A DNA stretch of 64,000 nt from Squalus acanthias (lineage: Eukaryota): NCBI GenBank assembly GCA_030390025.1, contig CM059432.1, positions 29,390,001-29,454,000 of the forward strand, given 5' to 3'. The notes under the pieces were generated by a model. The model saw nothing but the letters and a program-made list of their open reading frames with translations, did not search any database and had not been told where the DNA came from. Shown here piece after piece: positions 48,637 to 61,732 of the stretch. Numbering within the stretch: the first letter of the stretch is position 1; each line of letters opens with the position of its first letter. The position numbers were made by a program, and so were the translations under genes.

Positions 48637-50323
48637 AAGGAAGCCCTCCAGAAAGAAGGATGTGGCACCAGATCGCTAAGGCAGTCACTGCCAGCATTGT
48701 CGCCCCCAGGATGTGGCTCCAGTGCCCAAAAAAGTTTCATGACCTCAGACGAGTGGTCAAGGTCAGTGAATGCATCTTCAAAAGCCGCCTCCTACCAACT
48801 GCACCACTAGCCTCACACACTGCTCAATGCATGACCCCCCCACCCCACCCTGCCCCCCCAGTCACTTACCTACCAACAATCTCTACCAAACAGGAGGCAC
48901 ACCTTGCATTCCTAGTTTCAACTCCCCCCCCCCTTGGAGGAGATGACGCTGGACATTTTTGGCAAGGGCATGGCTGAGCCCTTGGCCAGCGGCAGGGCTG
49001 AAAGAATACAAGATGCCGGTATCCTCATACATTATCCTGCTTCTCATATCCCACTTCCTCTTCATCCCATAATATCCTGATTTACAAGCTACATATGGTG
49101 TAAGCATGCACCTCTTGCTTTCCCCCCCTCCCCTTACCACAACTCTACCCTTGTGCTTTCCTTATTTCAGGTATAAAGAAATCCAGCCTGCTCGACCAGT
49201 GATTGAACAAGAAGAGGGAGAGGAGAGTGAAGAAGAAGAAGAAGAAAAAGAAACATCACTCGATTTCACACTCCCAGCTATCAGCTCCTCGAGATCGTCC
49301 TGCAAGGCTATCTGCAGTCTCCCCCACTGAAAGTCAGAAGCCTTCCACCAGGCATGCTGCAGGCCCAGGGTAGCACTGCATAGGAGCACTAAGATAGGCA
49401 AAGGCACACACAAGACAGTCACTCAGATGCATAAGGGTGATTAGTTGATTTTTAGATGCATATATGGATAAAGTTGGATTGGAAAGTTTGCTTTGTGGTG
49501 GCTTTTATTTCAGCATTGTGCCCAAGAGGATGTTGTGATTTGTCAGTAACAGACATAAGGTAAGGTGTGGAACAAATGTTGAAAGAGGAATTGGGGTTGT
49601 GTTCGCTGGTACCGCAAGCAGATGATTCGACCCCAGATATCCATGCCGGAAAGGGGCTGTCTGGGTTGCGTCCTTCTTTCCGCTTCCTCCTCTTCTGCTT
49701 CTTCCTCTTCCTCTTCCTGCTCCCTCTGCAAGCAGCTTGTCCCCTTTGCTGCCTCTGCTCTATCTCCATGTGATGTTGCAGCCCAAGGGGGACTTCAACT
49801 AGAGCCCCCAGGATTGGGAGCAAGTGGTCTTCTCAGAGGCCTTCCTTTAAGAGTCAAGCAAATGTCCAGCAGCACTCCCTGCACACTTCAACAACTTTTT
49901 AAATGTCTTACACCAAGCCACTACTCAAATAAAATGTACAGGAACCATTACAAAAGCAAAAATCTAAACTTACCTCAAAGTTGCATGTGTCCCTTGAAGA
50001 AGTGCTGGGGTGGGGGGGTGGGGGGGGGTCCATCATGCAACTGAACACACGTTCAGCTGTGTGTGCTTTGGAGAGGGCGTTGAATGGAGCGGCGTCGTCC
50101 AAAATAGCAGGCCGTGCGTCAATTCAGCGTTGAATGCTGATTGACATCACGATCTGACTAATTACCATTTTTCTAACGAGCGCAGGCAACAGCCACGTTG
50201 CCGACCTGCCCAAAATGGCGGCTGCCACAGGTCGCGCTGGAAGTGAGCAGAAGCGAGACGGCTGCCAGTTTTTTCTCCGAAACCAGCCTTAGCAGCCGTG
50301 CTAAGGTGCCGAGTTTCACAGCC
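48637..50323 (+). mobile_element. Harbinger derivative, second family, copy 2 (left-truncated)
   Basis: Colinear with 16845-18673; MWHQIAKAVTASIVAPRMWLQCPKKFHDLRRVVK; minus strand GALVEVPLGLQH... joined to EEEEEEAEEEEAERRTQPRQPLSG. Confidence 0.78.
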
Positions 50324-50795
50324 TTTGGGCTTTGGCGCAGGGTCACACCCAAAATGTTATTTTAAACCAAATGAGTGGTTGGGATCTTGGTTTGTAGGAA
50401 TGAATCATGAGTGCAGGAGTGAAACGCAGTAGGGAGTGTTATTCAGGTAACAGTGAATGCTGAGTGGAGATTGATAACAAAGCAGTGACTGCAAAGAATC
50501 AGACTGATGTCCTCAGCATTGATGAGGGGAGGGTGTGCTCTGAGAGATTTCAAGAGCTAACCTTACTGCAGCACTTTGCTCCCAATCCATAAAAATGGAG
50601 GGAAAATAATGGTACATCTCACAACGCGCCAATTAATTGGACAGCCATTTTATATGTCAGTATCAATTCTTGGCACAAGTACCTGGAAGCGCTACTTGCT
50701 TCAAGACTTGAAAAAATTGGGGAATATAAGCAGTTTAAAATCTGTGTGATTTGCTTTTTTTCACACTTAGGTCATAAAGATTAACCTAAGACATT

Positions 50796-51532
50796 GGGCC
50801 AAAATTTGCTGGCAAAATAATGGCTAGTTTAATGTGTACGCCGTTCGTAATGTGTAAATCGTCCACCAATTTGTGGTGAGGAAGAGATACCATGTGAGTT
50901 ATGAATCGCCACAAATTGCTGAACAATTTGCTGTTAGTGAAAACGAGAGTTCGCTGTCCACCTCTCTGTGAGTTTCAAGAAATTGCTGCATTTGCGCATT
51001 AATTACCAATTAAACTTCATGCAGAAATTTAGGGCTGCTACTTAACAGCGTAAGGGCCCTTTTAATTATGAGATTTATGTTCCTTTAATGCCACTCAACC
51101 TTTCCAAACCAGAAAGGGAACAATTGAAACTGTGGAATCTCATTCCTGCAAGTAGTAAATTGTTCCTAGAGATTTTTAAAAAGTAAAATTGAAAATTTGT
51201 TTTTTTTCTTACTTTTCCTTTCTGTCTCTTTTTCTCTCCCTTAATCCATTCTTTCTTTCCCTCTCTTTATTTCTCTTTCTGTACCTGATTTGACTCTAAT
51301 TCCTTCTCCGTCGTTCCTCTGTTTCTTTCTCAATCTTTAAATCTCGTCGGTTAGGGAGATAGACTGTTGGCTCCCTATTTACCAAGGTCCCAGATGCCCC
51401 GTTGCCCTCGCCACACCATTATCAGCTCGCATTTCCAACAATTTGTGGCTCAAAAAATGTTGAGCTGAAGGGTGGGAAATAAAGTCTAACAGGGCAGGCC
51501 GTGAGATACCCCACTCCAGCGAATTCTGGGCC
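50796..51532. mobile_element. Harbinger-type MITE
   Basis: TIR GGGCCAAAATTTGCTGG / CCAGCGAATTCTGGGCC; TSD ATT. Confidence 0.78.
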
Positions 51533-51769
51533 ATTAACTCCTCTGACTGAGGTACAAAAGCAAATTAAGCACATGTCAGACAGAAAGTCCTATAATTTGT
51601 ATTTGGAAATGTGAAAATATATAACTAATAGCATTACAGATGAATATATTAGGTAATTTGAATGTTTATATAGCTACATATAAGCAGCTCCTGATTTTGA
51701 ACAATTGCCCTGATTTTTGGGGTCTATATCCCTAATTTGCAAACTTATGCATCCTGTCCATCATGAGAC

Positions 51770-52805
51770 TAGTCAAATGTGGGCAAGGAAACCTCCTACT
51801 GATTACCACCTACCACCCTCCCTCAGCTGATGAATCAGTACTCCTCCATGTTGAACACCACTCGGAAGAAGCACTGAGGGTAGCAAGGGCACAGAATGTA
51901 CTATGGTGGGGGACTTCAAGAGTGGCTCAGAAGCACCAATACTGACCAAGGTGGCCAAGTCCTGAAGAATATAGCTGCCAGACTGGGCCTGCGGCAGGTG
52001 GTGAAACAACCAACACGAAGAAAAAACCTATTTGACCTCATCCTCACCAATCTACCTGTCGCAGATGCAGCCGTCCATGTCAGTATTGGTAGGAGTGACC
52101 ACCACACAGTCCTTGTGGAGATGAAGTCCCGTCTTCACACTGAGGGCACTCTCCATTGTGTTGTGAGGCACTACCACCATGCAAAATGGAATAGATTCAG
52201 AACACATCTAGCAGCTCAAAACTGGGCATCCGTGAGGTGCTGTGAGCCATTAGCAGCAGCAGAATTGTATTCCACCACAATCTGTAACCTCATGGCCCAG
52301 CATACCCTCACTCTACCAATACCATCAAGCCAGGGGACCAACCCTGGTTCAATGAGGAGTGTAGAAGAGTATGCCAGGCGTACCTAAAAATGAGGTGCCA
52401 AACTGGTGAAGCTACAACACAGACCTACATGCATGCTAAACAGCAGAAGCAGCATGCTATGGACAGAGCTAAACAATACCACAACCAATGGATCAGATGA
52501 AAGCTCTGCAGTCCTGCCACATCCAGTTGTGAATGGTGGTGGACAATTAAACAACTAACAGGAGGAGGTGGCTTCATGAACATCCCCATTCTCAATGATA
52601 GCGGAGTCCAGCACGTGAGTGCAAAAGACAAGGCTGAAGCATTTGCAACCATCTTTAGCCAGAGGTGCGGAGTGGATGATCCATCCCGGCCTCTTCCTGA
52701 CGTCCCCATCATCACAGAAGCCAGTCTTCAGCCAATTCAATTCATTCCATGTGTACCAAGAAATGGCTGAGCGCACAGCAAAGGCTATGGGCCCCAACAA
52801 CATCC
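51770..52805 (+). mobile_element. Second LINE family endonuclease/linker fragment
   Basis: LRQVVKQPTRRKNLFDLILTN...IGRSDHHTV; SAKDKAEAFATIF; KAMGPNNIP. Confidence 0.85.
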
Positions 52806-52815
52806 CCAACAGCTT

Positions 52816-53295
52816 CACCGAGCCAAAGAAGGAGACATTAGGACAAGCGACCAAAATCTTAGTCAAAGAGGTAGGTTTTAAGGAGTATCTTAAAGGAGGA
52901 GAGAGAGGTGGCGAGGCAGAGAGATTTAGAGAGGGAATTCTAAAGCTTAAAGCCTAGATGGCTGAAGGCAGTGGAGGATGTACAAGAGGCCAGAGTTGGA
53001 GGAATACAGAGTTCCCAGAGGGTTGTAGGGCTAGGGAGGGGTGAGGCCATGGAGGGCTTTGAACATGAGGATGAGAATTTTAAAATCGTGGCTTTGCTGG
53101 ACTGGGAGCCAACGTAGGTCAGCGAGCACAGGGGTGATGGTTGAATGGAACCTGGTGCAAGTTAGGGTACGGGCAGAAGAGTTTTGGATAAGCTCAAGTC
53201 TATGAGTTTGGAAGATGGGAAGCCGGCCAGGAGAGCATTGGTATAGTCGCGCCTGGAGGTGACAAAAGCATGCATGAGGGTTTCAGTGGCAGTTG
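52816..53295 (-). mobile_element. L2 LINE 3' fragment
   Basis: Reverse complement resembles 55230-55680. Confidence 0.8.
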
Positions 53296-53489
53296 TCCTG
53301 AGTGCATTTGGATGAACACCTGGTGAGAACAGGATAAAGATGAGCTGTGATGCAGTTTGTGGTAGAATAGTCCACTAACACTGTCAGGTCCACTTGGTTG
53401 AAGTACTACAAAACCAGGGAATATCTGGCACCTTGGATTGGTAGCATCTTCAGAAGAGGAAGAGAGAAAAATTTAAAATATATTGAAAA

Positions 53490-54045
53490 TGCACCTCCTT
53501 TTAAGGGAAACTTCATAGTGAGAGCCCCCCCTCCGACCGGCCCCCGCACCCCCTTGAAAAGGGCTGCTTGTTATGAGACTCTCTTTTAAAGAACCCTGAA
53601 AGCGAGGCTGCCTTTAATGGCTCTGATGGTGAAAGAGGTGCTTATGGTGAGGCTCCCTCTCTAAGAGGTTCTGATAGTGAGATTATTTTCTAACAAACAA
53701 GAAGCATTTCTGTCCATGATGTGTTATAGTAATGGTCTCTTTCTTTCTTTCTGTCACAGTACATATCAGGTTAAAAATCACTTTAAAAGGGATGGCATAG
53801 TTTCCTCTTAAAAAGATATTCATATTAAAACACTTCCTTTACAAGAGGGTCTCATTGTGAAACTGCTTTCTTTTAAAAAGTTTCTGCTGGTGATATCCTC
53901 TTTAAAAGAGATCCTAATGGTGAGACTCTTTCTATAAAAGACACCAGCTGATGAGACTCCTTATTAAAAAGGGGCTGCAATAGTGAGGCTCCTTTAATTG
54001 GACTACTGTACTCATGCTGCTCTCAAAGTGGTCCTGATGGCATGC
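53490..54045. repeat. ~30-bp highly degenerate tandem repeat
   Basis: Recurring cttttaaaag...ctgatggtgagactc. Confidence 0.65.
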
Positions 54046-54584
54046 TACCCTGCTGAAGAGTTTGAATTCTTTTGTCTGCTATTTCAGAATTGAAGTGCGG
54101 CTGACAGAATAACGAATTACCCGCTGAGACCACAGTCATTGCTCGTGAAGTGAAATTTCTAATATAAACTCTACAAGGCTCCTCTCTCACTGTGCAGGGA
54201 ATGTTTTGTACCCACCCAATTTTGCTTACTGCTAAACTGTGAACCGTAGCATTCTGTCACTGACACCCCCATTGACGGAAGTAACATCTGGCCTAGGCCA
54301 ATGGATTAGTCCCATCTTATCAGGCCGACAACCATTATCCCAGGAAAACACTGCACTCTTTGTCAGGTGAGTAAACCTCAAGTATGACTGTGCCTGTATT
54401 CCTGTGGTTGTCCACAATTCCAACACATTATTTACTGAGTAAACTAGGCAAAGGGAGAAGGCCCAAACTGCAGCAAGCCACCAAGGTTGCAAAAAGTAAA
54501 GGAGAAGATAGGGCGTCGCTTGTGTCAGCTCAGTGGTAGCACCCTCGCCTCAAAATCAGAAGTTGGGGGTTTAAGTCCCGCTAT

Positions 54585-56333
54585 CGTCAAAGGCACAAAG
54601 TCACAAGTGACAAAGGTAAACTATCCCTCCTCGTCCTTCTTGACTTATCTGCAGCCTTTGAGACGGTTGACCACTCCATCCTTCTCCAACGCCTCTTCAC
54701 CGTCGTCCAGCTGGGTGGGATTGCACTCGCCTGGTTCCATTCTTATCTATCTTATTGTAGCTAGAGAATCACCTGCAATGGCTTCTCTTCCCGCTCCCGC
54801 ATCATTAGCTCTGGTGTCCCCCAAGGATCTATCCTTGGCCCCCTCCTATTTCTCATCTACATGTTGCCACTTGGCAACATCATCCAAAAACACAGCGTCA
54901 GTTTCCACATGTACGCAGGTTTACCTAACTATCACTTCTCTCGACCCTTCCACGGTCTCTAAATTGCCAGACTGCTTGTCCGACATCCAGTTCTGGATGA
55001 CCAGAAATTTTCACCAATTAAATATTGGGAAGACCGAAGCCATTGTTTTCAGTCCCCGCCACAAACTCCGTTCCCTAGCCATTGACTCCATCCCTCGCAA
55101 CCTTGGTGTCATATTGGACCCTAAAATGAGCTTCTGACCACATATCCGCAGCATAACTAAGACCACCTATTTCCACCTCCGTAACATCGCCCATCTCCGC
55201 CCCTGCCTCAGCTCATCCGCTGCTGAAACCCTCATTCATGCCTTTGTTACCTCTAGACTTGACTATTCCAACGCACTCCTGGCTGGCCTCCCACATTCTA
55301 CCCTACGTAAACTTGAGGTGATCCAAAACTCGGCTGCTCGTGTCCTAACTCGCACCAAGTCCCGTTCACCCATCACCCCTGTGCTCACTGACTTACATTG
55401 GCTCCTGGTTAATGCCTCGATTTCAAAATTCTCATCCTTGTTTTCAAATCCTTCCATGGCCTCGCCCCTCCCTATCTCTGTAATCTCCTTCAGCCCCACA
55501 ACCCCCCGAGATATCCGCGCTCCTCTAATTCTGCCCTCTTGAGCATCCCTGATTATAATCGCTTAACCATTGGTGGCCGTACCTTCAGTTGCCTAGGCCC
55601 TAAGCTCTGGAATTCCCTGCCTAAACCTCTCTACCTCTCTTTCCTCCTTTAAGACGCTCCTTAAAACCTACCTCTTTGACCATAGAAACATAGAAAAATC
55701 GGAGCAGGAGTAGACCATTCGGCCTTCGAGCCTGCTCCGTCATTCAATATGATCATGGCTGATCCTCTATCTCAATACCATATTCCCGCTCTCTCCTCAT
55801 ACCTCTTGATGCCTTTTGTGTCTAGAAATCTATCTATCTCCTTCTTAAATATATTCAGTGACTTGGCCTCCACAGCCTTCTGTGGTAGAGAATTCCACAG
55901 GTTCACCACCCTCTGAGTGAAGACATTTCTCCTCATCTCAGTCCTAAATGTCCTACCCCGAATCCTGAGACTGTGACCCCTCGTTCTAGACCCCCCAGCC
56001 AGGGGAAACATCCTCCCTGCATCCAGTTTGTCTAGCCCTGTCAGAATTTTATAGGTTTCAATGAGATCCCCCCTCATTCTTCTAAACTCTAGTGAATACA
56101 GGCCTAGTCGACCCAATCTCTCCTCATACGACAGTCCTGCCATCCCAGGAATCAGTCTGGTGAACCTTCGCTGCACTCCCTCTATGGCAAGTATATCCAA
56201 GCTTTTGGTCACCTGCCCAAATTTTTCCTTATGTGGCTCGGTGTCAAATTTTTTGTCTTTTCTACTCCTGTGAAGTGCCTTGGGACATTTTACTACGGTA
56301 AAGGCGCTATATAAATGCAAGTTGTTGTTGTTA
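54585..56333 (+). mobile_element. L2 LINE RT and 3' fragment (CR1 nested at 55682-56196)
   Basis: cttgacttatctgcagcctttga (LDLSAAF); ggtgtcccccaaggatct; LNIGKTE; IQNSAARVLTRTK; (TTG)n tail. Confidence 0.9.
55682..56196 (-). mobile_element. Young CR1 3' fragment inserted in L2
   Basis: Intact ORF2 C-terminus EGVQRRFTRLIPG...EIDRFLD; L2 ttgacca|...|ccaagctttt rejoins across it. Confidence 0.92.
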
Positions 56334-56744
56334 TAGAGATTTGAGCACAAAATCTAGCTGACACTTCAGTGCAGTACTGAGAGAGTGCTGCATTGTCGGA
56401 GGTACCGTCTTTCAGATGTGATATTAAACCGAGGCCCCATCTGCCCTCTTAAGTGGACATGAAAGATCCCATGGCGCTATTTTGAAGTAGAGCAAAGGAG
56501 TTCTCCCTGGTGTTCTGGCCAGTAATTATCCCTCAACCAACATCACTAAAACGGATTATCTGGTAATTATCACATTTCTGTTTGTGGTACATTGCTGTAT
56601 GCAAATTGGCTACTGCGTTTCCTACATTACCAAAGTGCCACATCAAAAGTACTTAATTGGTTGTAAAGTGTTTTGGGACATCTCGAGATCATGAAAGGTG
56701 CTATATAAATGCAAATTCTTTCAAGTCTTTCCTTTTAGTATCCA

Positions 56745-56860
56745 AATATCCAGAATAACCTGGTACTCAATATAACCTGGTATCCAACATAATCTGGTAA
56801 CTACTATAACATGGTCCACAATATAACCTGGTATATAATATACCACAGGACCCAATATTA
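56745..56860. repeat. Short degenerate tandem repeat
   Basis: ataacctggta recurs several times. Confidence 0.55.
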
Positions 56861-58131
56861 CCCAATGCTGTGAAATGCTTTGGGACGTCATAAGGTTACA
56901 AAATGTGCTATATAAATGAAAGTTCTTCTCAATTAACCAACATAATATAGACATAAACATTGCCAATGCATCCTGCACTGTAACATGTAAATCGGTCAAT
57001 AAATGTGAAGGACTACAGCTTACACAGCCTCCCTCAGGAAAGCCTCATCTCTGTGCTTTGTGTTGCTGACAGCATCAGCATCTTACCTCTGTCTTGTGAT
57101 GTTGCTGCATCCTCTACAACGGTGCTTGTTTCGCTCCACAGGTTTGACAAGATGTCTCCTTCAGACAGAGTGGCCTCTCAGCTCCGAGCTAATTTTTGCC
57201 CTTCCCTGTGGTACAGTGCTGATCTTGGACAGATGTTGAACATCGAGACAAATGTATTTTTAATTTTTGATGGTGAGACTTTATTTTAACACACTTTTCC
57301 TTCTCCACCCCTTCAGACGATGAGTCTGTACAGTTTCACTGGTGCCAGCAGGCATCCAAAGTGACCATTCAACTGTGGGGCATCACATCCAAGTCTGATG
57401 CTATTTTTGGCAGTCGTCCATACACATGCTCATTCCTGAAGGGGTCACTGGATTGTAATCAGGAGCAGATATCCTGGCTGATTTCTTTCCTCCTCACAAG
57501 AGCAGGAATAATGAGGTCAGTTGTAACACTTTACTCCTACCAACACCCCACCTGAGATCTGTTGCCTCACCATCATCTCAGCTGAGATCAGTTATCGTAG
57601 CAAAGATGTAAGATTAAATCTGATGTACATAGCTCATCACTAGATCACACAGTGAATTTATAAACTGAACTACCAGGAGTGATTGATTATCTTCTCTTTA
57701 AGGGGGCAGGAAAGAAGGATGTGAGAGAATTCCTGCAGGGTACCTCGGATCGCCACCATAACTTTGGTGGACACCCTGGATGAACAGCCGTTTTTAGCCA
57801 TTGACTCTGTTTCTCCAGGTTTTTGCCAATCTTCCGCCAGAGATCACTCAACCGCCCACCTCCCCACCCCAGAAATTCCAGGGGGATTTGTTTAGAAAAG
57901 TTTTTTTTTAACCTATGCAGTACTGCTTTCCTACCATCAAGTGGCACTGTTGTACTTTGTAAATCCCTGTGAATAGTTCAGTGCAAATATTTTGTACAAT
58001 GTATGCAATGTGAAGAGCAACAGTAGGGTGGTCATAGTGGACAATCCACATATATTCCAAATGTATCATGAGTAGTATTGTATTTTTACAAGAGATGGAT
58101 TTATGTGGGAGAGGCATACACCATTGTTACC

Positions 58132-58498
58132 TACATAAGAACATAAGAAACAGGAGCAGGAGTAGGCCATTTGGCCCTTCGAGCCTGCTCTGCCATTAAA
58201 TAGATCATGGCTGATCTTCTACCTCATCTCCACTTTCCTGCACTATCTCATATCCCTTGATTCCCTTAATATTCAAAAATCTATCGATCTCTGTCTTGAA
58301 TATACTCAACGACTGAGCCTCCACAACCCTCTGGGATAGAGAATTCCAAAGATTCACCACCCTCTGAGTGAAGGAATTTCTCCTCATCTCAGTCCTAAAT
58401 GGTCAACCCCTTATCCTGAGACTGTGACCCCTGGTTCTAGACTCCCCAGCCAGGGGAAACATCCTCCCTGCATCTACCCTGTCAAGTCCTATAAGAAT
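58132..58498 (-). mobile_element. CR1 3' fragment
   Basis: MRRNSFTQRVVNLWNSL; acataaga tail. Confidence 0.9.
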
Positions 58499-59669
58499 TA
58501 CCTCTGACTGTTGCAATAATGTTTGGCATTCATGAAATTAAGACCGCTTCCCCTGTTAACTGCACAGTTAGAAGATGGGCTGTGTTGGTGGTAGTACCTA
58601 ATATTTACACAATGTACCGTGTGCAAGTCTGTATGCGCAGCAGTGAACCCTGAGACAGTGGCTGGCTAAGCAATGTTGTATGAATTGTTACATTTTCACA
58701 TACAGGGGAAATTCCCCAGCACTGCCCCCTCACCAATCCCAACTAAAGTGAAGTGAAAATTTTGACATCGTTGTCTTCCCTCCACCATGCTGTCGATACA
58801 GAAGCAAGTCAAGCTGCAAAGTGCTTGTTCTAAATATTCCTGATGACAGGAGCTGTGACTCACTTAGAGCAGGGATTATCAGTCATAGTGAGCTCTAACT
58901 CCACTTGCACTGTCAGTGATGCTGCAGCTGTTGAGGTTTCCATAAGCCTCCCTCCGCTGTGATTTTCTTTCGACCAAATATTATGCATTGCATTGGGTAT
59001 CCTTCAACTGGCCACTGTAAGTCGGATATCAGGCCAGCTCTTCCAGTCCTGGGGAGAGGGGCAGAATTTCCCACATGAATAACTAGTAGATCTTCTTAGA
59101 TCATCTGGCGTAGGACACTGCTTCCTTTCATACACATTGTTAAGTCCCACAAGGATGTACTGAGGTGATTGTCAGACCCCATTGTTTATCTTCACTCCCT
59201 CCTCCTTCCTGTCTGACGCTTCTCTAGGACTTTACTGTTTTTCTGCCCTTTATTCAGCCTTTTGCTTCCTCAGTTCACCTAATCTACCTTGTCTGCTCTT
59301 TCATTCTTGGTGATGTTCTGCACTATAGGCCATGGCCCTCCCCTTTGGTTTCTCAATTTTTAAAAAGTGTAAATGGAGAATACATACTGGGCACCCATAT
59401 TTTCTTCTCCAGAATAGTGTCTCTTTCTTTCTTTTTCTTTCCTCCTTGTTGGCTTGTGGCTCTTGGATGAGAGCACTCTCTCTTGTATCTTGCGCAAGTG
59501 TGACACTCCCAGTAGAGGGTCGCTGATAGTGATTAGGAGCTGAAACATGCTCAGTTTTCCCTCTTGCCCAACCCAGAAACACTAAGGTCAATTGCAGCAC
59601 CCTTACTGTCATTCAACTGAGATCAGCTAACTCAGCACTTTCCACTGAATCTTGGACCTGCCCAGTCTT

Positions 59670-59968
59670 ACATAGAATTACATAGAAATTATAGCACAAA
59701 AATAGGCCATTCGGTCTAACTGGTCTGTGCCTATGTTTATGCTTCACATAAGCCTCCTCCCACCCTACTTCATCTAACCCTATCAGCATAACCTTATATT
59801 CCGTTCTCCCTCATGTGCTTATCTAGCTTCCCCTTAAATGCATCTATGCTATTTGCCTCAAACACTTCAGGTGGTGGCGAGTTCCACATTCTTACCATTC
59901 TCTGGGTAAAGATGTTTCTCCTGAATTCCTTATTGGATTTATTAGTGACTGTCTTATATTTATATGTA
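59670..59968 (-). mobile_element. CR1 3' fragment
   Basis: EFRRNIFTQRMVRMWNS...FKGKLDKHM. Confidence 0.85.
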
Positions 59969-61002
59969 TGACTCAGCTGCTCGTTGAATAAGCTCACTGA
60001 GCTATAGGGAAAGCCAGAGGGATTCCCCTTTTGAAAGGGGGTCCTGTCAAGAGGCTTCCCTTTTGCTTTGCACCTTCAGTTTTCCAAATGTTGCTTTGTT
60101 CGCTTGCTCATAAAAAAAAAGCAATGCCAGCAAATCAGCAGCTGCGTATCGAAATGAAACTCAAATCGACTATGTGGCAATGCAAATCATAAATTATGGT
60201 TTCTTGTAACTGGTTTACCAGCATTATCTGTCTGTCTATTAATCTCCATCATGTAATTAAAACATTTCCACTAATTTCATTTTGGCGCCTGAGTGTATTA
60301 CACATAATTAAATGAATTACATTTTTAAAGATCTCCAACTCATTAAACTATTTGTATTGGTCACTATAAGTGCATCTGAAGCATTTTGCAAAGATACTTT
60401 GCTGGAAGATAATGGCTATGTGGTGAATTATGAGTCTCCCATAATCACTTGTTCCACTGTTATACAAACAGGACTCCTCCAAAGGGCAATGGAGCAAAAA
60501 ATTGCCCCAGAGAGAATAGCAACTGACAGCGACATGCAAATATGGACCTGAGGTGACTGACTGTACTCAAATATGAGCCAGAGAGATGAGTCAAGGTTGG
60601 GGGGGGGTCAATTTTTTAACCCTACTCGCCAGGTGGAAACGTTTAAAACAAGAGGTTTACTTAACTGCTTGAAATTCGACCCTTTCCTGACGTTGCCGAC
60701 TTTAACCTACAGGGTCCTGCAGGCAAATGAGGTGCCCTCATAAAGCAGCCGGTGGCCTCACAAATTTATGTAAATCGGGGTCCTATTATTTCTTTCTTTC
60801 TATCTTTCTTTCTAGCTTTCATTCCTGGGGAACATAGCACCTTCTCATTTTCAAGAGCCAAAGTGAGCACCAGTCAATCTCGCCATGTTATGTGCCAAAT
60901 AAAGCTCCTTTATGTATAGTATCACACAGAGGAAATCTGCCCCCTTCCTCAGTGCCCTTTGTACTGAAGTTAACAATTTAATACCATCTACTGTTGAATT
61001 GT

Positions 61003-61478
61003 AAAGAAAAAAATGAAAGACTTGCATTTATATAGCGCCTTTCACGACCACCGGACGTCCCAAAGCGCTTTACAGCCAATGAAGTACTCTTGAAGTGTAG
61101 TCACTGTTGTAATGTAGGAAACACAGCAGCCAATTTGTGCACAGCAAGCTCCCACAAACAGCAATGTGATAATGACCAGATAATCTGTTTTTGTTATGTT
61201 GATTGAGGGATAAATATTGGCCTGGACGCCAGGGATAACTCCCCTGCTGTTCTTCGAAATAGTGCCATTGGATCTTTTACGTCCATCTGAGAGAGCAGAC
61301 GGGGCCTCAATTTAACGTCTCATCCGAAAGACGACACCTCTGACAGTGCAGCACTCTCTCAGCACTGCACTGGAGTGTCAGCCTAGATTTGTGTGCTCAA
61401 TGTCTCTGGAGTGGAACTTGAACCCACAACCGTCTGACTCAGAGGTGAGGTTGTTACCAACTGAGCCACAGCTAACAC
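61003..61478 (-). mobile_element. Deu-domain SINE, full length
   Basis: Complete head, core and tail as in other copies. Confidence 0.85.
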
Positions 61479-61619
61479 TATCGGCAGCTGTTGTGCTGTG
61501 GTGTCACACCAACTAGCTAAGAACCCAAAATCAAGTGAAACGCTTCAGCCAGCTGACTTCCAGTGTTAGTGTAACACTGCTGCTGAGTCCGTCCATTCCT
61601 GGTTACACTGCAGGACAGA

Positions 61620-61732
61620 TTACATAGAATTGCATCGAGTTTACAGCACAGAAACAGGCCATTTGGCCCAACTGGTTTATGCTCCACACGAGCTTCCTCC
61701 CACTCTATTTCATCTAACCCTATCAGCATAAC
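61620..61732 (-). mobile_element. CR1 3' UTR fragment
   Basis: Similar to 59670-59790. Confidence 0.7.

Larger units (their letters stand above)
54522..56720 (+). mobile_element. Deu-domain SINE split by nested L2 and CR1 (head 54522-54582, body ~56335-56720)
   Basis: Head ends at gggtttaagtcccgct; body resumes at agagatttgagcacaaaatctag after the L2 tail. Confidence 0.72.

Noticed and set aside
57005..57289. ORF and minus-strand AG|GTAAGA donor
   Set aside because: All minus frames have stops; no protein similarity; isolated splice motifs (also ~46260, ~3421, ~54087) do not form a gene
60312..60551. 79-aa ORF with nearby AG/GT as a possible host exon
   Set aside because: No recognisable homology, and a stop precedes the donor
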